Shown piece by piece: positions 18,410 to 26,430 of a stretch of DNA of 26,430 nt. Below the pieces are notes generated by a model, which had not been told where the DNA came from, searched no databases, and saw nothing but the letters and a program-made list of their open reading frames with translations. A program made the translations under genes and the position numbers. How positions within the stretch are numbered: the first letter of the stretch is position 1; each line of letters opens with the position of its first letter. Source of the stretch: Verrucomicrobiota bacterium (lineage in GTDB: Bacteria > Verrucomicrobiota > Verrucomicrobiia > Limisphaerales > CANJSG01); NCBI GenBank assembly GCA_038209745.1, contig JBBQXJ010000066.1:1-26430 (forward strand). Direction: 5' to 3'.

Positions 18410-19162
18410 ATGCCACACCCACCGGACGAGGCCGGGCGCCTCGCGATGCGCCAGCGGCCACCCGCGCAACCGGTCATGTTTCAGCAATGGCGCGACTTGC
18501 TCTTCCTACACTGGGAGTTTTCCGTGCCGGAGATTCAGAGGACGCTGCCGGACGGGTTGTTCGTGGACACATTTGCGGGAAAGGCGTACCTCGGCGTCGT
18601 CCCGTTCTTCATGCAGAACATCCGGCCACGGTTTTTTCCCGCCGTGCCTGGCATTTCAAATTTCATGGAGATGAACCTGCGCACCTACGTTCATGATCGC
18701 GCCGGCGTGCCCGGCGTCTGGTTCTACTCGCTCGATGCAAACCAGCGATTGGCGGTGGCCATCGCGCGACGTTTCTTTCATCTGCCCTACGAGGACGCGA
18801 AGATGAAATCCAGCCGAACGAAATCAGGCGCTATCCGTTACGAATCGAAGCGCAGTGGTGGCGACGCGGACGGCGTGGTTTGTGCGTTTGAGTATGCGCC
18901 CGGTGCTGAACTACCGACGGCAGGCCCCGCATCGCTGGAGTTTTTTCTCGTCGAGCGCTACCGGCTCTATGCGGGGACTGGCAGCCGCCTCTGGCGCGGC
19001 GCGGTGTTTCATCAACCGTATCCGCTGTGTCGCGTCGAGGTGACGGCATGGGACGACCATCTCTTGTCGATCAACCGTTTCACACCCGCTTGCAGGCGTC
19101 CCCCGCACATTCTCATGTCACGCGGTGTCGACGTGAGCATCTTTCCATTGGAGCGCGTTTGA
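18410..19162 (+). CDS. DUF2071 / YqjF family protein
   Basis: VMFQQWRDLLFLHW, GVVPFFM, EMNLRTYV, PGVWFYSLDA, FHLPY, FFLVERYRLY. Start at ATG 18410 (or GTG 18392). Confidence 0.9.
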   Translation: MPHPPDEAGRLAMRQRPPAQPVMFQQWRDLLFLHWEFSVPEIQRTLPDGLFVDTFAGKAYLGVVPFFMQNIRPRFFPAVPGISNFMEMNLRTYVHDRAGVPGVWFYSLDANQRLAVAIARRFFHLPYEDAKMKSSRTKSGAIRYESKRSGGDADGVVCAFEYAPGAELPTAGPASLEFFLVERYRLYAGTGSRLWRGAVFHQPYPLCRVEVTAWDDHLLSINRFTPACRRPPHILMSRGVDVSIFPLERV

Positions 19163-19236
19163 CGACACCCCGATGCCGAAGACCAACTGTACGAGTTAAA
19201 GGCCCTTGTCGGGGGGTCTCTGGGGCGGCGCGCCCA

Positions 19237-19719
19237 GCAGCCTGCCGGACTTAGGAAACGCGATTTTTTCATGGCGGGGCAACTTTTGGGCTTGGCCGTC
19301 GTCTTTCTGCGCATGGACACGCGCTTGGTTTCCATTGACCGCGATACTCCGCTGCTTCTGCCGCCCAACCTGCGCGACTAGCTGTCCGCCGTGAGAACCA
19401 GGCCCAGTTCAATGGGAGGTTCGTCAAAGTCCTGCAGCTGGCCCAGAAGCTCAACGTGCTGAAGTTCGGCCAGCTCACCGTGGCGGCCGACGGCACCAAA
19501 GTCATGGCCCACGCCAGCAAACACATCGCGGTGAGCTACCAGAGCGCCGGGGAGATGATCGCCGAAGTGGGACTGGTAGCGACCCAGCTGCCGGCCAAAG
19601 CCGAGCAAGCCGACGCCACGCCCTTGCCGGACGGGCTGGCGATCCCCAAGGAGATTGCCCGGCGCCAGGAACGGTTCCACCGGCTGGGCGGGAGTCTTCA
19701 ACCGGCGCTGGCGACCTGA
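19237..19719 (+). mobile_element. Probable IS1182-family transposase remnant
   Basis: MDTRLVSIDRDTPLLLPPNLRD* (from ATG 19313, premature TAG), a deletion, then VAADGTKVMAHASKH..SY and QADATPLPDGLAIPKEIARRQER. IR-like GCAGCCTGCCGGACTTAG at 19237. The C-terminal DDE part is absent. Confidence 0.78.
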
Positions 19720-19774
19720 AACGCGGGGCGCGCCGCGCCGACCAACCTCTCCTCCCCGGTGGGCTCGCACCCTC

Positions 19775-20839
19775 CTAGACCGCTTCAGCCTGTCGTCTCC
19801 GGAGTTGTCCGCACGCGGCATCGATGTCCTTGCCCCGCGACCTCCGGAAGTGCGCGACCAATCCCCGCTCACGCAGAATGGCGACGAAGGCTTCGGCGAC
19901 GTCGAGCGGCGTCGGCTGATAGATGACGCCGCGCAGGCTGAGCCCGGTGGGATTGTAGCGCAGGAGATTCACGTGCATGCGCCGCGCGCCGAGCAACGAA
20001 GCCAAGGCGTGGGCGTGGTCCGGCGAATCGTTCACTCCCTGCAACAGGCAATACTGGATCGTCACCGGGCGGCCGCGACCCGCCTGGAATCGATCCGCCG
20101 CCGCGAGGATGTCGGCGATGGGGAAGCGCTTCCCCATGGGCAGAAGTTGCGCGCGGGTGGCGTCGTCCGGCGCATGGAGCGACACCGCGAGATGAAAGCC
20201 AAGACCGGTCGCGGTCAGCGCCTCGATGCCGGGCACGATCCCGACGGTCGACACGGTGATCTGCCGCCAACCAAGCGCGCCCTGCCGGTTGTCCGCGATG
20301 CGTTCCACGGCCGGGAGGACGTTGTCCAGATTCAGCAAAGGCTCCCCCATGCCCATGAAGACGAGGGTGCGCAGCCGCCTGCCCACGGCCTCGGCCTCGC
20401 GCCTGAGGGCGAGGAACTGCTCGACCATTTCCGCCGAGGTGAGATTGCGTTCAAAACCCGTCTTGGTCGTCGCGCAGAAGTCGCAGCCCATGGCGCAGCC
20501 GACCTGGGACGACAGGCAACCCGCCACGCGATCGTCGCGATAGTCGGGCATCATGACGGACTCGACCGTGCGACCGTCCCGCAGTCGGAGCAGGAGCTTG
20601 GTGGTGCCGTCTTCGGCCACTTGCCGGACGGCGAGCGTGGTCGCGCTTGGCGGCGTTTCGACGCGCAGCTTTTCCAGGAGACCTTCGGGCAGCACGAGAG
20701 TCGATTCGTCCATCTCGCCGTTGCCCGCGTAGAACGCCCGCAACAACCGGCCCGCATGGGAACGCTTGAAGCCCCACTCCCCGAGCCGCTGCTCAAGGTC
20801 GGGTAGGCCGAAATGGGCGAGCGCGACGTTCACGACCAC
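19775..20839 (-). CDS. rlmN: RlmN/Cfr-family radical SAM RNA methyltransferase (RlmN-like)
   Basis: DGTTKLL, VESV, CLSSQVGCAMGCDFC (CxxxCxxC plus the upstream catalytic Cys), MGMGEPLLN, VSTVG, SLHAP, GVNDS, RG.DIDAACGQL (second catalytic Cys). Confidence 0.85.
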   Translation of the reverse strand: MVVNVALAHFGLPDLEQRLGEWGFKRSHAGRLLRAFYAGNGEMDESTLVLPEGLLEKLRVETPPSATTLAVRQVAEDGTTKLLLRLRDGRTVESVMMPDYRDDRVAGCLSSQVGCAMGCDFCATTKTGFERNLTSAEMVEQFLALRREAEAVGRRLRTLVFMGMGEPLLNLDNVLPAVERIADNRQGALGWRQITVSTVGIVPGIEALTATGLGFHLAVSLHAPDDATRAQLLPMGKRFPIADILAAADRFQAGRGRPVTIQYCLLQGVNDSPDHAHALASLLGARRMHVNLLRYNPTGLSLRGVIYQPTPLDVAEAFVAILRERGLVAHFRRSRGKDIDAACGQLRRRQAEAV

Positions 20840-20879
20840 AGTCAGGCAGAGAACGGCCCGGAAACCAAGCCCCTCGCCT

Positions 20880-21616
20880 TCAACCGCCGCACTCCGCCCA
20901 CGTCAGCCCGAAGCGCGCCAGATACTTGTTCAGGCGATCCGCGTCGTTGGTGTGTTTGCGGCCGAGGCGGGAGACGCGAAACAGCTCCCGCCCGGCGTCG
21001 GACTGGTTCTTCGACTCGCGGCAGACACGGATGACGTAGGCGAGCTGCGCCTGGTCGAAGGGATCGATCTCCGCCAATCGCTTGGGCCCGAGCACCGAGT
21101 TTAGCAACTCCGCTTCGTCGTCCTCCATCTCCGGTTCCGACCACGCGTCGCGCAGGCGAGTGAGCTCGTCGTCGAGGACGGCGGACGTGATCCGGCCACC
21201 TTCGGCCAAGGTGGCCATGCGGGTGATGGCGGCGTTCAGGTCCCGGAAGTTCGCGCTCCAGCGGGCTTCCGGTGCATGGGCAAACTTCAGAAAGGCCGAC
21301 CTCGCTTCCTTGCTCAGCGTCACCCGCGTGCCGTGCTTGCGGGCGAACTGCTCCAGCTCGTAGTCGAGGTTCGGCTCGATGTCTTCCGCCCGCTCGCGCA
21401 AGCCCGGAAGGCGAAAGGTCCAAAGGTTGAGCCGCGCCATCAGATCCTCGCGGAAACGGCCTTCACGCACGCGCTCCTGGAGATCGCGGTTCGTGCCGGT
21501 GATGAGCTGGAAGTCGCTCGTCACTTCATGGTCGCTGCCGAAGGGCGGGAAGCACTTCTCCTCCAGCGCGCGCAAAAGAATCGCCTGTTCGTCCAGGCCC
21601 AGTTCGCCCACTTCGG
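20880..21616 (-). pseudogene. rtcR: 5'-truncated RNA-repair sigma54 activator RtcR (C-terminal half of the AAA+ domain plus HTH)
   Basis: EVGELGLDEQAILLRALEEK, SDFQLITGTNRDL, FREDLMARLNLWTF, EDIEPNLDYEL, WSANFRDL, RMATLA, IDPFD, NDADRLNKYLARFGL. The N-terminal CARF domain, Walker A and GAFTGA are replaced by IS3 sequence at ~21616. Confidence 0.9.
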
Positions 21617-22698
21617 CCTGAACGAAAGCCTGCTCTTCGCCTGGCGCAAGCTCCTGCCCCCGCCGACGGGGGAGGGCGGGAAGGCCCTTGGCCTCCACCC
21701 TCCGGTCCCAGCTCGAGGACGCCCGGCGGGAGATTCGTCACCTCCGTGAGCAGCGCGACATTTTAGAAAAACGTTGGGCATCCTCTCCGAAGCACCGTCG
21801 AACGCCATGAACGGGTTCACGCGATGAGAAACGACCACGCCATGGCGCGGCTCTGCGAGAACCGCCTGGTCTCTCCCAGCGGCGTCTACGACGGGACCGA
21901 CGCCGTTTGGCTCCCGGCTTCCGGGCCCCGGAGGATGAGGCGCTGGCCGAGCAGATCACCGTCATCCACGCCGAAAGCCGCCGGACCTGCGGCTCGCCGA
22001 GGATCGTCGACGAACTCCGCCCGCGCGGGAGCCGGCATGGACGCAACCGCATTGCCCGCCTCATGAAAAGCCGGGGCCTCTGTGGACGCCGAAGAGCCGC
22101 CACCGCGTCCAGACCACCGACAGCCGCCACGGACCATCCCGTCGCCCCCAAATCGTCCGCAAGCCACGGCACCCAACCAGATCCGGGTCGCCGCCCTCAC
22201 CTGCATCCCCACCGCCGAAGGCTGGCTCTATCTGGCCGGCGTGATGGATCTCCACAGCCGCAAGATCTTGGGCTGGGCCATGGGCCCGACCATCGACTCC
22301 GCGCTCGTCCCCTCCGCCCTTTCGATGGCGACCCTGCACCGCACCCCGCCACCGGGCCTGCTCTTCCACTCCGACCGCGCCGTCCGATACGCCGCCGGGA
22401 ACTTCCGCGCCGCCCTCCAGGCCGCCGGCCTGCTCGCCTCCATGAGCCGACGCGGCAACCGCCACGACAACGCCGCCATAGAAAGCTTCTGGAGCACCCT
22501 CAAACCCGAGCTCGTCTGCCCCCGCCAGTCCGACACCCGCCTCCAAGCCAAAGCCGAGATCTTCTGGCTCCATCGAAGCCTTCTACAACCGCCTCCGCCG
22601 CCACACCTCCCTCGCCGGCCTCTCCCCGGCCAACTTCGAACGCCTAAACAACTAACCAACACCCCCTTTTCCCTGTCCGCTTTTTCGAACCAGGCCCA
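21616..22698 (+). mobile_element. Degenerate IS3-family element, left end deleted
   Basis: orfA tail GLNESLLFAWRK...REQRDILEKTLGILS. orfB pieces GSPRIVDEL, RIARLM, APNQI, TAEGWLYLAGVMDLHSRKILGW, FHSD, SMSRRGNRHDNAAIESFWSTLK, with frameshifts. Right-IR-like TGTCCGCTTTTTTCGAACCAGGCCCA ends at 22698. Confidence 0.88.
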
Positions 22699-23044
22699 CA
22701 GGTGCCGTTTTTGGTCCAGCGGCGGAAGACGTGGTAGACGGTCTGCCAAGATGGGAAGTCCTTTGGCATCTGCCGCCATTGCCAGCCGGTTTTGGTCAGG
22801 TAGAAGATCGCGTCGAGGATCCAGCGCAAGCAGGTGCGGGAGCGTCCCTTCTTGGAGGGCTTGGGCAGAAGGGGCTCGATCCCGGCCCATTGGCGTCGGT
22901 GAGACCGCTCTCGAAAACGGTGTTTTTCATCGCTCCAAACACCGCTTTCGCTACGGTTCTGAGCCGTTCGTCACCCGCCGTTCGACAAGCTTTTTCCTGT
23001 AACAGGCCGCTTTTATCGGGATTCTATCTTTTTCAGACGGGCTC
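22699..23044 (-). mobile_element. IS5-family element, left-end fragment (copy 1), interrupted by the IS3 element
   Basis: IR GAGCCCGTCTGAAAA at 23044 reading leftward. Transposase ATG 22930: MKNTVFESGLTDA-[frameshift]-QWAGIEPLLP...RWILDAIFYLTKTGWQWRQMPKDFPSWQTVYHVFRRW (DUF4096-type N-terminus). Confidence 0.88.
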
Positions 23045-23069
23045 CTGGAACGCAGATTCGAATCTTAAT

Positions 23070-25625
23070 ATGAAGTCCATCATCACACCGCGCATCGCCG
23101 CTGGAATCGTTGCCTTCTTTTTGTCGTGCAACCCTCCCGTCGCTCACGCCGGGCCGGTGCTCGACAAGGACGCGGCGCTCGCGGCGCAGACGTTTTGGGA
23201 CAACCGCGACTTCGACTGGTTCAAGGAGAACATCCCGTTCTTCGATTGCCCGGATGCGGAGATCGTCACGACTTACTATTACCGCTGGGAACTCATCACC
23301 AAGCACCTCACCTACGGCTCGCCGAACAGCGGCTACAGCCTTACCGAGTTTATTGATCGGCCTTTCTGGAGCGGCGCGTACGGAGCGATTAGCTGTCCGG
23401 CTGGGCACCAGTTTTACGAAGTGCGCTGGCTGAATGATCCCACGATTGCCCGCGATTATTCGCGCTACTGGTTCCGCACGCAGGGCGCACAGCCGCGGAA
23501 TTACGGCACGTGGATTGCAGATGGCATCTGGGCCGTGCATCAGGTGCATCCCGATGATGCGTTCGTGAAGGACTTGCTGCCCGACTTGAGGAAAAACTAC
23601 GAGGCCTGGGAGAAGCGACAGTTCGTCCCCGAGGTCGGCCTTTTCTGGCAGAACGGGCACGACGACGGCATGGAGTTCAATATCAACAGCCGCCAGACGA
23701 AGGACATCCTGCGCGGCGCGAACGGCTATCGTCCGGGCTTCAACGCCTATATGTGGGCCGACGCGCTGGCCATTGCGCGCATCGCCCGGCTCGCTGGCGA
23801 CGAGGCAACGGCGAAGATTTACGAAACGAAGGCGACGGGCTTGAAGGAGAAGCTTCAGAGGCTGCTGTGGGATCCGGAGCGCGAGTTTTTCTTTCCCATG
23901 TCCATGCGCGACGAGGAGGACAAGGAAGGCAACGTGGTCAAGAAGCACACGCTGACCTATCAGTCGGGCAAGTTCGCCGGCGACGGGCACGGGCGCGAGG
24001 AGCACGCTTACATCCCGTGGCAGTTCAATCTTCCCGACCCCGGCTACGAGTCCGCGTGGAAGTTCCTGATGGACCCGAATTTTTTCTACGCTGAATTTGG
24101 TCCCTCGACCGTCGAGCGCCATGACCCGATGTTTCTGCTGAAAGATTCCTGCTGCTGGTGGAGCGGCCAGTCATGGCCTTACTCGACGGCGCAGACGCTC
24201 AAGGCGCTGGCCAACCTGCTGCAGAACTACCAGCAGGACGTCATCACGCCGGCGGATTACGCTAAGCTGCTGCGCATTTTCGCCGTCTCGCATCGGAAGA
24301 AAGGCTTGCCGTATCTCGCCGAGGCACTTCATCCGGATACCGGATCGTTCGAGGGGCACGATGGCTACAATCACAGCGAGCATTACTTCCACAGCAGCTT
24401 CAACGACCTCGTCATCACCGGCCTCGTCGGACTCAAGACGCGCAACGACGACATGCTCGAGATCGATCCGCTCGCGCCGAAGGAATGGCCATACTTTGCG
24501 CTCGACGACGTATCGTATCGCGGCCATCGCCTGAGTATATTGTGGGACAAGGACGGTTCGCGTTACCACAAAGGCGCCGGTTTCCGCGTGCTGGCGGATG
24601 GCGGGGAACTCGCGGCGCTCGACACGCTCGGGAAGATCACCGCGAGGCTTCCGGCAGCCGCTGCGCCGAAGCAGTCGAGGCCGGCGAAGCTGAACTTCGC
24701 CGTGAACAACGATGGCGACTATTACCCGCGTCTTGCGGCGACCTTTACCGCGCCGGATACCGCTCTCGAAAAGGTGAACGACGGCAATTATTGGTTTACG
24801 ATCAATCCGCCGAACCGCTGGACAACGGTGGGTTCGCCGAACGCCGCCGACTCGGTGGAACTGGACTTCGGCACCGCGCGCCGCCTCGACACGGTGAAGC
24901 TCTATTTCCTCGATGACGGCAAGGAAGTGGTCGCGCCCGCGAGTTACGCGCTGGAGTTTCACGACGGCAAGACGTGGGAGACGATTCCCAATCAGCAGCG
25001 CGCTCCGGCGGAGCCTTCGGGGCACCGCGCCAACACGGTCCAGTTTGTCGCGCGCGACATCACGAAACTGCGCGCCGTGTTCACGCACGCGAAAAGCGGC
25101 TTCACCGGCCTGACGGAAATCGAAGCGTGGGGCGAAGGTGCGTTGCCTTACATCGCGCCGCCCGCGAAACCCGGCAATCTCGCCTACAATCCGACGGCCC
25201 AAGGTTTCCCCAAGGCCAGCGCGTCACACTCGGATGTTTTCGGAGGCGTGCCCACGAGAGCCACCGATGGCCGCATCGTCTACAAACCCACGCCGGTGAA
25301 CCGGTGGACGAGCTACGGCTCCCCGAACCCGAGCGACTGGCTTGAAGTGGATTTCGGCGAAGCGAAGGAAGTCAGTCGCGCGGAACTCTACCTCTACGAC
25401 GACCGCGGCGGTGTGCAGCCTCCCGCCAGCTACGCAGTGCAATACTTCCTCGACGACGAGTGGCGCGACGCGGCGAATCAATCCAAGTCGCCTGCCACGC
25501 CCATCGGCGGGGCGATGAACACGGTCACGTTCACGAAAGTCACCACCAAGAAAGTCCGCATCGTCTTTACCCACCAAGGCAATGCCCGCAGCGGCGTGAC
25601 GGAGTTGGAACTCTGGAAGGAATGA
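23070..25625 (+). CDS. Secreted (alpha/alpha)6-barrel glycoside hydrolase (MGH1-like / GH63-GH121-like) with two C-terminal F5/8-type C (CBM32-like) domains, 851 aa
   Basis: ATG 23070, signal peptide ending VAHA. NIPFFDCPD.EI..TYYYRW, DDGME, CCWWSGQSWPY, SEHYFHS. Two homologous discoidin-like modules (NRWT..GSPN..D..E.DFG ... G.TE.E.W). Exact GH family not certain. Confidence 0.85.
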   Translation: MKSIITPRIAAGIVAFFLSCNPPVAHAGPVLDKDAALAAQTFWDNRDFDWFKENIPFFDCPDAEIVTTYYYRWELITKHLTYGSPNSGYSLTEFIDRPFWSGAYGAISCPAGHQFYEVRWLNDPTIARDYSRYWFRTQGAQPRNYGTWIADGIWAVHQVHPDDAFVKDLLPDLRKNYEAWEKRQFVPEVGLFWQNGHDDGMEFNINSRQTKDILRGANGYRPGFNAYMWADALAIARIARLAGDEATAKIYETKATGLKEKLQRLLWDPEREFFFPMSMRDEEDKEGNVVKKHTLTYQSGKFAGDGHGREEHAYIPWQFNLPDPGYESAWKFLMDPNFFYAEFGPSTVERHDPMFLLKDSCCWWSGQSWPYSTAQTLKALANLLQNYQQDVITPADYAKLLRIFAVSHRKKGLPYLAEALHPDTGSFEGHDGYNHSEHYFHSSFNDLVITGLVGLKTRNDDMLEIDPLAPKEWPYFALDDVSYRGHRLSILWDKDGSRYHKGAGFRVLADGGELAALDTLGKITARLPAAAAPKQSRPAKLNFAVNNDGDYYPRLAATFTAPDTALEKVNDGNYWFTINPPNRWTTVGSPNAADSVELDFGTARRLDTVKLYFLDDGKEVVAPASYALEFHDGKTWETIPNQQRAPAEPSGHRANTVQFVARDITKLRAVFTHAKSGFTGLTEIEAWGEGALPYIAPPAKPGNLAYNPTAQGFPKASASHSDVFGGVPTRATDGRIVYKPTPVNRWTSYGSPNPSDWLEVDFGEAKEVSRAELYLYDDRGGVQPPASYAVQYFLDDEWRDAANQSKSPATPIGGAMNTVTFTKVTTKKVRIVFTHQGNARSGVTELELWKE

Positions 25626-25699
25626 CCGGATGAAAATCGGCCCGTTGCCTCGATGGAATGTTACCAACCACCGGAGGCAATAAATGAACACAGTAAGGA

Positions 25700-25830
25700 A
25701 GCAATCGTGTCCATCGTCGGCTGCGGCAACCGGGGTGGATGGCGCACGGCTGGGGGCCTGGAAGACCCGGTCGCGCGTCGGGTTTGGCAGGGTGTCCGCG
25801 CCTCGGTTTCCGGCGGCAAATCTTGTGAAA
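25700..25830 (+). pseudogene. Possible N-terminal relic of a Gfo/Idh/MocA-type oxidoreductase
   Basis: IVSIVGCGNRG Rossmann-type motif directly downstream of the glycoside hydrolase. No further domain follows. Confidence 0.3.
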
Positions 25831-25857
25831 AGCCACACAAAGCCGAAGAACAGACTT

Positions 25858-26020
25858 AACGCCGGCCTGGCCGCCGCCAGCCCACACCATCACCCCGGCC
25901 TCGGCTTCACCGACGAACACTGGATCCCCCTCGGCGTCCAACGCGTCCGCGAAGACGTCGCCAGCGGCCGCGCCTTCCTCCAGGAACACGGCCCCCGCTT
26001 CGACGCCGCGCTTTCAATTG
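25858..26020 (+). mobile_element. Short transposase N-terminal fragment (probably IS4-like), truncated near IS5 copy 2
   Basis: LAAASPH..PG..FTDEHWI.LGVQRV.EDVASGRAFLQEHG resembles, from memory, the N-terminus of transposases seen in Verrucomicrobia. C-rich codon style like the neighbouring IS relics. Confidence 0.45.
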
Positions 26021-26033
26021 CCCACAGTCCTCA

Positions 26034-26430
26034 GAGCCTGTCTGAAAAAGATATAATCCCGAACAATAGCGGCCTGTTACAGGAAAAAGCTTGCTGAACG
26101 GCGGGTGAAGAACGGTTCAGAACCCTCGCGGTAGCGGTGTTTGGAGCGATGAAAAACACCGTTTTCCAGAGCGGTCTCACCGACGCCAATGGGCCGGGAT
26201 CGAGCCCCTTCTGCCCAAGCCCTCCAAGAAGGGACGGCGCCGGACCTGCTTGCGCTGGGTCCTCGATGCGATCTTCTACCACTGCAAACCCGGGGCCCAA
26301 TGGCGGGAGAGGCCGAAGAACTTCCCGCCCTGGCAGACCGTCTACCCTGTCTTCCGCCGCTGGACCAAGGACGGCACCTGGGCCGTCATCAACGCCCGGC
26401 TCCGTGCGAGGGTGCGCCACGCCGCCGGCA
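26034..26430 (+). mobile_element. IS5-family element, left end (copy 2), runs off the window
   Basis: IR GAGCCTGTCTGAAAA at 26034. Diverged inverted copy of 22699-23044. Transposase ATG 26149 with the same frameshift after LTDA; continues ...WQTVYPVFRRWTKDGTWAVINARLR. Confidence 0.9.

Noticed and set aside
17465..19162. 565-aa ORF as a large DUF2071 fusion
   Set aside because: The N-terminal ~315 codons are antisense to the renalase-like gene. Family similarity begins near ATG 18410.
19775..20839. Calling the radical SAM gene cfr (antibiotic resistance)
   Set aside because: The visible motifs are shared by RlmN and Cfr, and nothing specifically supports Cfr without a phylogeny.
21617..21698. 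Intact 272-aa sigma54 activator as given by the ORF track
   Set aside because: The first ~27 residues come from IS3 antisense sequence. Walker A, GAFTGA and the CARF domain are absent.
22731..23069. N-terminal extension of the glycoside hydrolase
   Set aside because: This is the antisense strand of the IS5 fragment; the same peptide recurs in ORF 26031..26420. The signal peptide begins at 23070.
23030..23070. Hybrid promoter formed by a -35 in the IS5 IR driving the hydrolase
   Set aside because: TTCAGA at 23032 has no -10-like hexamer at a 16-18 nt spacing.

Overview
GC-rich bacterial window; gene content suggests a Verrucomicrobiota/PVC-type organism, which is an inference only. The left ~8.3 kb holds mostly ordinary genes: a partial exported aromatic/Pro-repeat protein missed by the ORF track, a 3-hydroxyisobutyrate-dehydrogenase-family enzyme, a polysaccharide deacetylase, a decayed sensor kinase, a minimal channel-pore-like protein, a DUF1080 protein and katG. 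From ~8.5 kb to the end the window is an accessory region with at least six degraded IS remnants (IS3 x2, IS1182, IS5 x2, one probable IS4-like) and other gene relics (TonB, RtcR). The main finding is an intact, translationally coupled operon at 9928-16449: arsR-like regulator, pstSCAB-like ABC importer, Tat-exported Mo/W-bisPGD oxidoreductase and a small unknown ORF. Its binding protein has an altered anion-binding motif (KEPGRGT instead of R-x-x-GSGT), the enzyme has no partner subunits here and does not fit AioA, NapA or FdhH signatures, and there is no phoU/phoB. It is a candidate undescribed oxyanion (As/Sb/Se/reduced-P) redox-plus-uptake system. Other cargo: a DoxX/DUF2256/renalase-like/DUF2071 cluster, an RlmN-family radical SAM gene next to a truncated rtcR, and a secreted glycoside hydrolase with two CBM32-like domains between inverted IS5 copies. 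No rRNA, tRNA or CRISPR array was seen.
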